This document shows positions 1 to 11,649 of a stretch of 64,000 nucleotides of DNA, piece by piece (the stretch's first letter is position 1; every line of letters starts with the position of its first letter). Source of the stretch: Neophaeotheca triangularis (Eukaryota); contig BAAIJX010000007.1 of the NCBI GenBank assembly GCA_054600435.1, positions 310,001 to 374,000 on the forward strand. The letters run 5' to 3'. The notes under the pieces were generated by a model. The model saw nothing but the letters and a program-made list of their open reading frames with translations. It had not been told where the DNA came from and did no database searches. Position numbers and translations under genes: made by a program.

Positions 1-260
1 TATCAATGGACTGACCGTTCGTGTCCGTGACCAAGGCAGGAGACAGCAGCTCCTCCCGTGGCGTCCAATATAGCTTGTCCATCGCTCAGGTAGAGATAAT
101 TGCCCTGGGCGCCGACCACTTGCAGAGGGTCCTCGTGCAATGACCGGTGCATCACCGCTGAATGGGACCTTTTCTCATCTTCGGGTGGCGTCAAGACACC
201 GTTTGGCATTGTGGGCTCGACATAGTTGCCATCGTTGAGGACGGGGGCAGGAGCTTTCAT
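1..260 (-). CDS. Class III PLP-dependent aminotransferase, first exon (gene continues off the left edge)
   Basis: Motif AQGNYLYLSDGQAILDATGGAAVSCLGHG is typical of the class III aminotransferase N-terminus. ATG at 260; intron donor GTCAGT after position 16. Confidence 0.85.
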
Positions 261-420
261 GCTGGCTGTTTTAGTTTCGTTAGTGGCGCTCTGTAGCAAA
301 GCCTACGGTATCGTGGTGTGATTGGCAGTGGACGGGGATGTGGACGAAGGGTAGCAGCCTGTCCTATGAGTTGATGAGGAAGGTATGGATTGAGATTGAG
401 TTCCGGGAAACAGAGGGAAA

Positions 421-457
421 GGAGGAGGAGGTGGAGGAGGAGGTGGAGGAGGAGGAG
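421..457. repeat. Imperfect (GGA)n microsatellite, forming a CT-rich tract upstream of the aminotransferase
   Basis: ggaggaggaggtggaggaggaggtggaggaggaggag read directly. Confidence 0.9.
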
Positions 458-2032
458 AATGGCGGCTTTATCATGTCTAGACTAGTTTAGAAACGGCATC
501 TTTACCCTGACGGGATTGGAAGGCGGGTGAATAATAATTGGCTTGGACGGCACCTTCCCACTCCTCGTCCGCAATGTTGTTTGCCAAGCGGGTCCACTTG
601 AAGTACATCGGATGGCGATACCGGCAGCCAGGAAAGGGCCTGTGGACGACGACGCCCAAGAGGCTGGACATGATGGCTTCAGTTAGGTAAGGTATAGGTA
701 CCTAGGTTACCCGGATACTTCTGCAGGCCGAATTTTGCGTTATCGAGATCAACTTTCAAGACGGCCCGGGTTCAGATCCGCCACCTTTCGGCATGCCGAC
801 GCCCCGATTCTTTCCAACCTTCACGCCCGTGATGCCGAGCTTCTCGTGAAGTTACATGTAGGTACTGGAGTTTCCCTACAGCGAGAGGGTGTCCGACTCG
901 CCGTTCGCCCCAAACCTAGTGAAACCGACGAGGCACTCGGAACTCGTGCGCGATCGAGTCGTCTAGGCCACAATCAATCGAGCGCACCCTCGAGTCATTC
1001 CGAAGTGTTCAGCGGAAGTTGTCATGCAGCTGCCCACCTGCGACTGCGTAGCCGAAGCCGTGGACGACGATTCAAGATGTGACATTGCCCCTTCCAAGGG
1101 TCACCTGTTGAAACTCGATAGGCTTCCAGCGCGTGTGGAGTATGGCCTGGACCATGCAAGGCCGGACTGCTATGGTCCTGCATCAGCGTAGGTAGCTTCT
1201 GCCGCGTGATGCTGTGGTCGGCTTCCTCGAGTCCACGGGGTCGGGACGACTCAACTGGTACCTAGTGAGATGAGATCCTGGTCGAGTGATACATGGAAAA
1301 CTGACATCTAAGCGAGCAAGATCGGCTTCTTGGCATCTGATGCTCGCCCTACAACGTGGTGAACGTGTCATGCGTGTCTCCGTAAAAGCCCTCTCGCTCC
1401 AAGGTGCCGAATGTGTGTAAACATGGATGCATACAGTACTGTAGTAATTATTCTGTTCGTTACACTGGACACGGCTAGACTGTCTACTGCCGTACAGACT
1501 TCTACTGTTTACGCCAAACCCCCAGCTGGATAGACAATGCACTTGGCCCACATGAGATTGTACCTGCATTGTGTTCTACACATGCGCCTGGGGCTAAATG
1601 ATAGGTGGTAGTAGGTAGTAGATACTGTACGCTCAGTGCTGGCACTCGGCGGCGGTGAAACGGCTGACGAGAATGCGTGCTCATCACTCGTTGATCAGTC
1701 GGCTGCAGACTGCTGACCTCGGGAATCGCTGTACTGAGGTACTTAGTAAGTTGATCGACAGTACAAGGCCAAAGAGATCGGGTCGGATCCAAGTCCTCTA
1801 CCGAAGCAAGATCTGTCGGAAGCTGTGTAGTACCTAACTAGTGGACCTGTAGTAGTAAGGTAAGGTATGCAGGTAGACAAGGTACTTGAGTGACGAGTCC
1901 TTGGCGCTGAGCAAGCTGCATCTTATCAGGGTAAGATACCTAGGCCATTGTTAGGGCGAGCCACCTGCGGTCCTGGTTGCATGGAAGCGGAGTGGCGTCC
2001 GATCTACCACGCGAGACGACATTCCAAGGTAC

Positions 2033-2070
2033 TATTGCACGTTAGTATTGCACGTTAGTATTGCATGTTA
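2033..2070. repeat. 13-bp tandem repeat x3 (TATTGCACGTTAG)
   Basis: Two perfect copies plus one degenerate copy, read directly. Confidence 0.9.
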
Positions 2071-2323
2071 CCATCCCGTGTTACTATCGCGTACTACCCC
2101 CGTCTTCGAGACATCATCTTCGTGTGTCCAAGTTGTCCTCTACTACGGAACTGGCCTCCTCTTCCAAACCCGGACTCGGAGGATCGACAAAAACGCTGTA
2201 TGAATCACCTCAGCACAGCAGGCGCTCAAGGTTCCAAGGCCGACGTCTTTTTGAGACTTTTGGTTCACTTGTGACTTCGACCGTAACTCCCATCTGCACC
2301 ACCCTTGGCGCAAAACACCGGCC

Positions 2324-3463
2324 ATGGATAAAAACAACATTTCCCCGCCACCCCTGAAGAGAAGACGGCTCGGTAGCGAAAAGCAATCACAGCGCTCAGA
2401 AGCATCTCCTCAGGTACGGCAAGCTCCACTGACGCTGTATAGTTGGAATATCAACGGGATTGGCCCTTTCATCCAAACGTCGATCGCGTCCTTCTTCGAA
2501 AACAAGAGCACCGCTTCATTAAAAGCAGGGGAGACACCCAAAGCCTGCCTGCGGGACTTCTTGCGGCGTCACGGCTGGCCTACTATGCTCTTCCTGCAAG
2601 AGGTTAAGATTCGACCGGGCGATGCAGCGTCCTTGCGCGCTATAGAAAAGGCCATACAACGGCCACAAGCTGACGCTGACGATGAGCCAGCTTATGTCGC
2701 TCATTTCTGCCTTCCCTCGGACAGACACAATGCAAAAGGCTTCGGCGGCAAGGTGTATGGTGTGTGTAGCATTATTCGGAAGGACTTCTACGACGACTGC
2801 GTAACTGATGTACGACCTGTCGAGTGGGATCTGGAGGGGCGCTTCCTGGTGATTGAAACTAGGGCCGCTCTCGGAATGCCAAGACTAGCATTCATAAACG
2901 TCTATGCCGTCAATGGCACGACGAACCCGTACAAGGAGCCTATAGATGGCACAGTAGTCGGCACAAGGCACGATAGGAAGCTACAAGTTCATAAACATCT
3001 TGCAGCCGAGTGTCGGCAGCTGGAGGCGAAAGGATATGGCGTGATCTTAGCCGGCGACATGAACATTGCACGAAAATCAATCGATGGCCATCCCAATCTC
3101 CGGACGTATCCCAATCAGCATAGTATCAATCGTGCGGACTTCGAGGCTCGTTTCTTTGCTGACGCTACCGTCGCTATCGATACACTTGAGGGTTCGGCGG
3201 ATGGCGTTCAAGATCGCATTGATAACAGAGGCCTCGCCGGCCTCGACATGATCGATACCTTCAGGTTTCTCCACCCAATTCAGAAAGGTTATACCTATTA
3301 CCCACGCACACGCAAATTTGGCGAATCTTGCGATAGAGTGGACATGATACTGCTGTCAAGATCACTTGAAGACGCACTAGTTGCTGCAGGCATGCACGAG
3401 ACGCCAGCGGAGCGTGGGCCGAGCGACCATGTACCGTTGTGGGCCAAGTTGACCTTCGATTAA
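2324..3463 (+). CDS. Exonuclease III / AP-endonuclease-like (EEP, DNase I-fold) protein
   Basis: Intronless 379 aa. EEP motifs SWNINGI, FLQEVK, GDMN, DRVD and SDHVP; N-terminal NLS-like KRRR. Confidence 0.9.
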   Translation: MDKNNISPPPLKRRRLGSEKQSQRSEASPQVRQAPLTLYSWNINGIGPFIQTSIASFFENKSTASLKAGETPKACLRDFLRRHGWPTMLFLQEVKIRPGDAASLRAIEKAIQRPQADADDEPAYVAHFCLPSDRHNAKGFGGKVYGVCSIIRKDFYDDCVTDVRPVEWDLEGRFLVIETRAALGMPRLAFINVYAVNGTTNPYKEPIDGTVVGTRHDRKLQVHKHLAAECRQLEAKGYGVILAGDMNIARKSIDGHPNLRTYPNQHSINRADFEARFFADATVAIDTLEGSADGVQDRIDNRGLAGLDMIDTFRFLHPIQKGYTYYPRTRKFGESCDRVDMILLSRSLEDALVAAGMHETPAERGPSDHVPLWAKLTFD

Positions 3464-3902
3464 ACGTTCCCTTCTACTAAAGAATGCTTGTCTAACGGCA
3501 GCTATTGAACCAATTCAAGTGGCACGATCGAGCGCCATTAATTCTTGCGCCGTAGAAGCCGAGCCGCCGCTGTAGGCCTCGAAGGCTACGGCATTATCTT
3601 CACTGTTCGTAGTTCCCGGTCCAGAGTCTAACGCCTGTAGTCGGAAATGATGCAGCAACAGGATTGAAAAAAAAAGGTCTGTTCTTTAGTCGTCGTTTGG
3701 TCGACATTGTCTGAAATTTTGTATGCATCTCTATGCTAGATCGTTGTACCTCTCTTTATAAAGCCTCCATGAGTCCGCCATTGTCGTTTCCTAGCCAACC
3801 ATCTGCTGTTTATCTGCTATCCGTATCTAATCTAATCTTGGAAATATATACCACCCATGCGCGCTGGTGCAAACCTCGAGTGTTGTCGGCACTACCCAGA
3901 AC

Positions 3903-5612
3903 ATGGATGATTTCTTAGCAATACAAGGCCTGCACGCGACTGCCTCTCAATCTGGAGAATTAGTCGCTAGTATCGCCGCCTCGCATCTCCGAATCCATCT
4001 AGCTGCGCGACCTACCGATTACAGCGACTTCGGCCTCCGCATCGCGCCGAAAGACATCACCTCGCTTGTATGGTCTGAGGGAGCCGATCACATAGCGGTA
4101 GTCTCAGCGCAATGCATTGAGGTGGTAGACTTGCAAGAGCAACGGCGCCGGGTGAGGCTTGACAATGGGGCTGGCGGGTTAGGACGCTTCTCTGCAGCGG
4201 ACTTTGTGGGCGAGGATCTGCTGTTCGTGGTGTGGGAGTTTGGCAGATCGAAGATTTGGGATATACGCACGGGCAAGGGGGTGGAAGCCGGCGAGGTGAA
4301 GACGACGTGCGACGGGACGAGATGGGCGAGACGACCAGGCTCCCGAGGCGACCAGACGCAGCTCGCTCTGCTCTCTCGACAAGGCGCTGAGGATTTCCTG
4401 ACCATCCTGTTTCCCGCGTCTTACACCGCGCTGCCTTCAGGCAAGCTCAGGACTACAGATGCACAGGCGCTTTCGTGGTCACCAGACGGCAACTGGTTGG
4501 CGATACTGGACTCCCCATCAGCGAGCCCCTACAGCGTCCACATCTACACACCGGACGGACAATGTTTTAGATCATGTCCGGAGCCTGCCACTGACATGAA
4601 CCTTGGCCTCGGCATCAAGTCGATTCATTGGTCGCCTGATGCAGGCACACTCGCGCTGGCCGGTCATGACAGCCGCATTACAATACTCAACGCTCGTACG
4701 TTCTCGCCAACAGCTGTCATTGAACATTCTACAGTCATCGATCAAGCCGCGTTGCCTCTTGCGCAGCGAGCATCCATTTGGCAGGAGATAGTGTCTCCTT
4801 CTCACATGCGCTCGTACAAATATATAGTCCAGCCCTTTTCACCCCCAGTCTCGCGCACCAAACCGGCCTTGGAACCCGCAGGCTCAGGGATCGCAGAAGC
4901 TTGCTTCAGCCAGTGCGGCAGATTCTTGGCCACTAGAGATGAGCGAATGCTAAGCAGTGTTTGGGTCTGGGACATGCAGACGCTTGCTGCCCACGCAGTA
5001 TTGGTGCAGCACGCAAACGTCCGCAAAATGCAGTGGTATTGCACCAAGGGATCTAGTAAGAATGATTATGGTCAGCAGCTGCTTCTTGACTGCGGCGAGA
5101 ACGTTGCATATCTATGGTCTGCTGTGTCCAGGAGTCCAGACGAAGAAGCACAGCCCCCAGCAACGGTTTCAACGGAACTTAAAAGCAATACCACCTTCAA
5201 CTACCTCCCTGGAGATCCGGACAGACCAGCACTACTAGCTTCGACCAGAGGCTGCTTCCAGCTGCTTCGCCCTTACGGCATGCCTTCAGACGAGACATTT
5301 TCTGGAGCTGCGTTAAACCCGCCGCCTGTACAGCAGACAGACGACTCGTATGCGCTGAAGGCTGAAGCAGAGGCGGGCAAAGAACAGGACGAAGCAGAAG
5401 GCGACTCACTCCTTGATCTGCTGTCGGGACGCACGCCCATGCCTGCTAAATCTGAGCCCTCATACACGGAGAAGATAGACGCGGAAGCCGAAGACGCGAC
5501 GGCAACCGGTGAGCTGCAAGATACCTTCCGAGGCAAGCATTTGTTGCGTCGAAGCCCGCCGCCAGTAGAAGCCATTGCGAGCGATCCCTTCAACGATAGC
5601 GAAATATTTTGA
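3903..5612 (+). CDS. WD40 beta-propeller protein, WDR8/WRAP73-like
   Basis: Repeats LSWSPDGNWLAILD, LGLGIKSIHWSPDA and FLATRDERMLSSVWVWD resemble WRAP73/WDR8. First ATG at 3903. Confidence 0.75.
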   Translation: MDDFLAIQGLHATASQSGELVASIAASHLRIHLAARPTDYSDFGLRIAPKDITSLVWSEGADHIAVVSAQCIEVVDLQEQRRRVRLDNGAGGLGRFSAADFVGEDLLFVVWEFGRSKIWDIRTGKGVEAGEVKTTCDGTRWARRPGSRGDQTQLALLSRQGAEDFLTILFPASYTALPSGKLRTTDAQALSWSPDGNWLAILDSPSASPYSVHIYTPDGQCFRSCPEPATDMNLGLGIKSIHWSPDAGTLALAGHDSRITILNARTFSPTAVIEHSTVIDQAALPLAQRASIWQEIVSPSHMRSYKYIVQPFSPPVSRTKPALEPAGSGIAEACFSQCGRFLATRDERMLSSVWVWDMQTLAAHAVLVQHANVRKMQWYCTKGSSKNDYGQQLLLDCGENVAYLWSAVSRSPDEEAQPPATVSTELKSNTTFNYLPGDPDRPALLASTRGCFQLLRPYGMPSDETFSGAALNPPPVQQTDDSYALKAEAEAGKEQDEAEGDSLLDLLSGRTPMPAKSEPSYTEKIDAEAEDATATGELQDTFRGKHLLRRSPPPVEAIASDPFNDSEIF

Positions 5613-7391
5613 GCTCTGGTTTTTGGATCTGTTGTTTATGGTCGGATGGCGTTTGGAAAGGGATGCCTGTGCTTCGATACCCAGGTGCGTTGTAGTCATG
5701 TTGAAGGGCATCAGAAGGAGGCGGCGTTGGAGTTTGCAAACAAGTGCAAGGCTATCGTCTGTCTTGTTATAGTATCAAGTTCCCCGGACCGGATGGTCGA
5801 CGGGTTTGTTAATGTTGTCGACTAGCCAGCCTTACCAATGACGTTTCGCTTGGCCGGGTCGCGAAACTCAAGGCCGTTTGGGACCAACTGACCCCAAACT
5901 GGGGACCGCTGGAACGTGACTTGAGCAATGTAAATACACCCAACACTGGGATAACGGCCGATTTCAAAGACGCCTGACTGTACCATCCTGTTGACTTTCT
6001 AGCGAGCTCACCTGATAGCAATGTCTCGCCTCGTATTCGGCTGGAAGACAAGGGCGTTGAGCTGCAGGTTGCAATTGACTTGCTGTTAACTCTGACAGCG
6101 ATCCCTAGGATTCCAAGAAGGATCATAAGACAGCTCGAGTAGTGACAGCTCGAATTAATAGTGTGCCGGGAAACCAAGGGCCGCCGTAGCATGCATGCAT
6201 TGTTGATGATGTAACGTAGAGGAGTCGGTCCGTATAAAGGAGGAACCTAGGATTCAGGAAGCAGTGAACAGGCTCCTGGGGTCGAAAGACTAACAAGAAG
6301 ACTAAGAGCTTCTCGAAAGGCAAGAATAAGATTCCGCGAGAAGCTTCGATGGAGACTTTTGATGAAGGTCAATCTCACAGTAGTACTTGACAATCATCAG
6401 TCAATCACGGACCACGGTCCGGAGCGAAGTCTACCTACCTCTTTGGTCTGAATGAGCGCGGTCCGTACGTCGGCAATAATGGCATTGCTTTTTGGGTTAA
6501 GCCAGCCCCGCGCAGTATGAGACTCAGTAGGCAATGATATTCCCCCATCGCATCTCATTAAGCTGAAACAAGCGAATTCCAGGGTTTTATATCGCGCAGC
6601 CGGGAAGGATCAGGAAGGGTGTAATTTGTTTTGTATGACGGCGGGAGCTTGCTTCACATCAAATTTATCAATCTATCAAAGCTCGCCCGGGGCGAAGCCT
6701 TTGACCGAAAGAATTTATGTCACATGTGGCAGCCTCGAATGCTTGTTCGGCTTCTTTTTTTGTAGACGACTATTAGCTAGGTACGGTACAGAGGACATGG
6801 AATGGAACGTAGCCGTCTTCGATCTTGATGCTCGAGCCTACCCGGATAATAACAATAATAATATCACAGCATTTATTTCATCCACAGAGACGAAGGTGAA
6901 TTGATCAAGGGGAAATTCGAACCGATTAAAAGCCGCCGGTATATGAAGGGCTGGCTGAGCCAGTGAGCACCCCCTGGCTCCGGTACACGATACTAGCCAG
7001 CAAACCCTACTTCCCATATGGCTTGCTCCGTTTCACGTCCACCATGGTCCAAGTCGCTCGCCCTCCATTACCGCCAGAGACCGACTTAGGACACGTGCCC
7101 GTAGCTAACCGGTCGTACGGGGGCTCATTCCCCAAAATCACACAGGTCCACTACATTGTCGACGTCCGAGGCTGCGGCCACCTACGCTCGAGGCTACAGA
7201 GCCTCTGCTAGGAGGTAATGTTACTAGTAGTGTGCACTCGCTATCAAACCATTATAAGTTATATAAGTACGCTGCGCCCAGAATCGTTGCACCGCTCCAT
7301 TACAATCATTGCAGTCTTTCCTTCACTTCCCACTCTCTGCTGATCCTTCCCTTTGCTTCCGCCTTCTCTCTGCCTATTGTCTTTCGAAAAG

Positions 7392-8692
7392 ATGAAGACT
7401 ACTTCCATTGTCGCCGCTTTCGCGGCCCTTGCTACCAGTGCCCTGGCACAGCGCGTCGTCGGTGCCGCAGAGGGATTTGCCAAGGGTGTTACTGGTGGAG
7501 GCAATGCTGCGCCCGTTTACCCCAGGAACATTAACGAGCTGGTCTCCTACCTCGGTGACAGCTCTCCTCGTGTCGTCGTGCTGCGCAATACCTTTGACTT
7601 CAGAGGCACCGAAGGCCAAGGCACCATCGATGGCTGCGCCCCTTGGGGTCAGGACGTAAGCACCTCGACGCATTAAATTTGAAAGGCCAGAAACTGATTC
7701 AGCTTGTAGTCCGCCTGCCAGCTCGCTCTCAACAAGAACGACTGGTGCAATGGCTACCAGAACGGCGCCAGTCTCCGAAACCTTCGCTACGACGCTGCCA
7801 GTGACCTAGGCATCACCGTCAACTCTCACAAGACCATCATTGGCGAGGGCAACAAGGGTGTCATCAGAGGAAAAGGTCTTCGCATGGTTAGCGGCGTCAG
7901 CAACATTATCATCCAGAACATTGCTATCGAGGACTTGAACCCGCAATACGTGTGGGGCGGTGACGGTATCACCATCAACGGCGCCGACTTGATCTGGATC
8001 GACCACGTTACCGTGAGTAGAGACGCCGCTCGCGCAACATGAGAAGTGATTACTGACGGCTTTCCAGACCCGTAACATCGGCCGTCAGCACATTGTCCTC
8101 GGCAACGGTGCGAGCGGGCGGGTGTCCATCACCAATTGCGACATTGATGGCCGCAGCAACTGGTCTGCGTAAGTCGAACTCGAGCGAGGATACACACAAT
8201 GTCGTAAAGTACTAACCACCCACAAGAACCTGCAACGGCCACCACTACTGGGGAATCTACCTCACTGGCTCCAACGACCTCATCACCATGAAGGGCAACT
8301 ACATTCACCACACCTCCGGCCGCAGCCCCAAGGTCCAAGGCAACACCCTGCTCCACGCCGTCAACAACTACTTCTACGCCAACACCGGTCACGCTTTCGA
8401 GCTCGCCTCGGGCGGCAACGTCATCGCGGAGGGCAACGCTTTCCAGAACGTCAACGAGCCCATGGAATACCTCGGCGGCGCCATCTTCACCGTCGACAAC
8501 AACCCGGCTCTTTGCCGCACCCCTCTCGGCCGTGACTGCGTCCGCAACGCTTTCGGCAGCTCTGGTGGCTTCCCTAGCCGCGGCGGCACTGGCTTCTTCG
8601 CCAACTTCCAGGGCAAGAACATTGCCTCGGCTGGCTCGAACCAGAACGTGCCCGACAACGTCCGCAACAACGCCGGTATTGGCAAGATCTAG
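7392..8692 (+). CDS. Secreted pectin lyase (polysaccharide lyase family 1), 4 exons
   Basis: Signal peptide followed by [27 protein letters not shown] and TSGRSPKV motifs. Introns 7656-7709, 8013-8067, 8169-8226. Confidence 0.93.
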
Positions 8693-9528
8693 ACGATTTT
8701 CCTTCTACCGAGCCGGCAGTATTCCTTTGTGCGGGAGAAGGGGGAAGGTTCATTTCAACATCGCTCCAATGGGCGCTGCGATTGCCATCCACCGTGGGGG
8801 TCGGCTGTTGCTCTTTGGTCAGCTGTATGTATTCTGTTCGATTCTAGATGTAAATGTTCATAGAAGCGAGATGCTGGAAAACGCAGCATTCTGTTTGTCA
8901 ACCTTGCGTGCCATCGCGTTATAGCTGTCTCACTGTCTGTCATGCACTCTGATCGGTATCGGGGGAAATGCGACCGGATAACTTTTGCGAGGCGCAAGAT
9001 CATCACGGCCTCTCTAATCTCTGAGGAGATCTTTTCGGGTCGGTGCAAAGCTTCTGGCAGCTTGTGTGGGCTTCTCTCCAAACCCAGAGTCTCGAAAAGA
9101 AATGATGGATCCATTTTCAGCTTTTCATCTAGGCTGCCTTCAAATCGCCGTCTGTAGAGTCGTTATCGTGGCGGGTACCTTATGCTTTCGCGTATTAAGA
9201 TGTAAAGAGCTTTTAAAAGACTCAAGAAAGCTACTATAGCAGGCTGACGAACAGTGATATGGACGAGGTTTAGTCAGGTCTCGGGTGTCTACTTAACGTG
9301 TCGATTTTCAAGTTGCAGTATGTTAACATTACGTGGTTTAAAATAAAGATCATAAACTACATAGGAATCTATCTAATATACCTACCTCACCTACCTACCT
9401 GAGTAAAGTGCGGTCTCGCTTTCGGGCTTAGACTCCCCGTATACCTTCGGTACCCTCGTACTTCCTACCTCCCTTTTTAAGAGGTCTCTTCCTTCCTTCT
9501 CTTACCCTTCCTACCTTTCTTATCCTCC

Positions 9529-9606
9529 CTCTACCATATTTAAGCACTGAAGCGGGTGACTAGTACTACGGCAGGTGACCACGTGGGAATCCCACCTGTT
9601 GTATGT
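9529..9606 (+). rRNA. 5S rRNA gene, 5'-truncated (about nt 42-119 present; first ~41 nt absent)
   Basis: 78 nt CTCTACCATATTTAAGC...GACTAGTAC...GGTGACCAC...GAATCCC...TGTTGTATGT is colinear, without gaps, with the Pezizomycotina 5S 3' part as I recall it. Helices GGTG/CACC and CTACG/CGTGG pair. A poly-T run follows. Confidence 0.88.
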
Positions 9607-9635
9607 TTTTGCTTTTTTTTTTTTTGATCTTTTTT
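9606..9635 (+). terminator. RNA polymerase III poly-T terminator of the 5S gene
   Basis: T5-GC-T13-GATC-T6 begins at the 5S 3' end. Confidence 0.75.
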
Positions 9636-9644
9636 CCAAGCGTA

Positions 9645-10925
9645 CCCGGGGATGACCCGAGCACTTACAAGCCACTGTTCAGCAAGAACAATGCGACTGG
9701 CGTTCAGGAATGGCACATATCTATGACAGATCTCGATTACCTGGCCGATGGCTGCTATGTTCTGGGCTGCGCCGGGGGCGGGAGTCCTGCAGCATCCCGA
9801 GTACAGTTGCGGGAGGTGGACAAGGGTGGTCATAGGACGCGAGTGATCGATTCTTCGTCGCCGAAGGACGAAGCCTGCATATACTAGGGTGGGCACATGG
9901 GCTCACCAGCTACGTCCAATGAGCGCCTGCAGTCCCTCGAAACAGTCCATGCTGTCACCGAGCTCAAGGAGTATCTGCGTTCACGAAGACTTCGACGCAC
10001 TCATGGGCCTAGAGATTGGCGGCGGTAACGGTATGGAACCTTTCCTTGTCGGCTCGTCTCGCTTCTTCGATCGCCCGGTCATTGATGGGGATTGGATGGG
10101 TCGCGCCTGTCCAACGTACTGGCAGACTACTCTTGCTGTGCGTGCACCAGGGGAACTGGTGCCGTGTGCGATAGACTCTGGCGACGGCAAAACGATTGTC
10201 ATGACCAAGGCATCCAACGACGAAATCGTTGATCGCGCGTTAAGGGCATCCTGTGCGGAAATGGGTTCGCGAGTTGGCATGGCCGCGAAGCCGACGACCA
10301 CCGATCGTGTGTGTCGATTTGGAGTGTTGAACACGGTCTCCCTTGCATGGCGGATATGACGTTGCATAGCGCTCGCTGAGTCGACCAACACGCTGTCAAC
10401 TATTGCAGAGTCCATCATTGAACAGGTTGGGGGTTCAAAGAGTGCCAATGTTCTATTCCGTGGCAAGATTGTGGCGGTCGAGCAAAGGTTGTTCAAAGTG
10501 CATTCTTACGGCTCAGTAACGATCGCAAGCTTGTCACGCCACGAGCGAGAAGACGACGACTCGTCTGGATTCTCTTCCAAGTCACCTGCCTTCGCCACAG
10601 GCGGCACCCTCAATATTCCATTCAAGAACGAGAACATTTACGCCGAACACACTGCAGAGGTTGGCAGCAAGTCGTACGTTGCCCCTGTGCCTGACTTGAT
10701 TGCTGTTTTGGACGCTTCCTCGGGCAAGTCTCTTGGCGTGCCTGAGTTCTAATATGGCTTCAGAGTAACGGTCCTTGGGATCACTTGCTCACCACGCTGG
10801 ACCGAGACCAAGGCAGGCCTTGGTATCGGTGGGCCGTGAGCATTTGGATATGACATGACTACAAACCCCTCGACGAGTATTCAGAGCCGAGAAGTGTCAT
10901 TGAAGAATACGGCGAACTACGGTAG
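9645..10925 (+). pseudogene. Pseudogene: DUF917 C-terminal part of a hydantoinase/oxoprolinase-DUF917 fusion gene, 5' part missing
   Basis: Motifs GCYVLGCAGGGSP, MGSP, EIGGGNG, DGDWMGRA, FKNEN and VPDLI. In-frame stops at 9885, 10357, 10750 and 10837; frameshifts near 9980 and 10856. Confidence 0.88.
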
Positions 10926-11649
10926 AAGACGATCAAGGTAGCTCGTGTAAATTTTCAATACAAGTCCATGTTCGAAACGACTGCGTTTTGCCCGGGGCCT
11001 TCGCTGCACTTCTTTCATTGTTATCTCGACCGAAAAGAGCAGTGTTCTTGACAGGTTCCCGACTGCCGCTCGGAGCTGGCTCGACAAAACAGGCCTCCTT
11101 AAACTTGATTTTACTAGAGAAGTCCCCGGCCAACTTCGATTGTTCTCACACAGACAATCGATAATGAATAGCCCATGGTCCAAGAGAAGCGATTGAACCA
11201 GAAAAGCTTCCGTCTTCGCTCCAACTCTAACCCTAACCTTGCTACCAAATAACCACCTCCCTCGAGCTTCTCCGACTCGACTATGGCTAATCACTTAGAA
11301 ACCATCATGTCATGCCACTGGGTGGCGCCACTGCGGCGGGGCAGTCCTTCTTAGTCGTTGACACAGTGTCCGAGAGAAGCTTGCAAGAATGCTGCAACTA
11401 AGATATAGCGTGCAGGTCAGCTGGCAGCTGGAGCGTCTAGGCGCATATTGTCTAGCCGGCCAAGTACCTATAGTATACATGAGAAATGGGCACTACCCAA
11501 GGCAGGTGGGAGACGGTGTCGGCCCTTTCCAACATACCTTCCCTTTTCCTTCTTCCCAACGTTGCATTCGGTTTTTTTCACGGTCCGTTGGTAACTTCTG
11601 GATAGAGAAAAAGAAAGACTACAGCAGAACAACTGCCTGTGTTTGCAGG

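Noticed and set aside
5770..6400. Degenerate ORF-like stretch between the WD40 gene and the pectin lyase
   Set aside because: No recognisable protein or transposon motifs in the frames I read.
6905..6930. GGTTCGAA tRNA T-loop-like motif on the minus strand
   Set aside because: The flanks do not form a T-stem or cloverleaf.
9885..9887. TAG at a conserved Trp, possibly rescued by A-to-I editing
   Set aside because: The same gene has other stops, frameshifts and no 5' end, so it is a pseudogene.
11227..11238. CTAACCCTAACC telomere-like 12-mer (telomerase RNA template or interstitial telomere?)
   Set aside because: Only two repeat units, and only about 410 nt before the next CDS, which leaves too little room for a filamentous-fungal TER. 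At most a Myb/Tbf1-type site.
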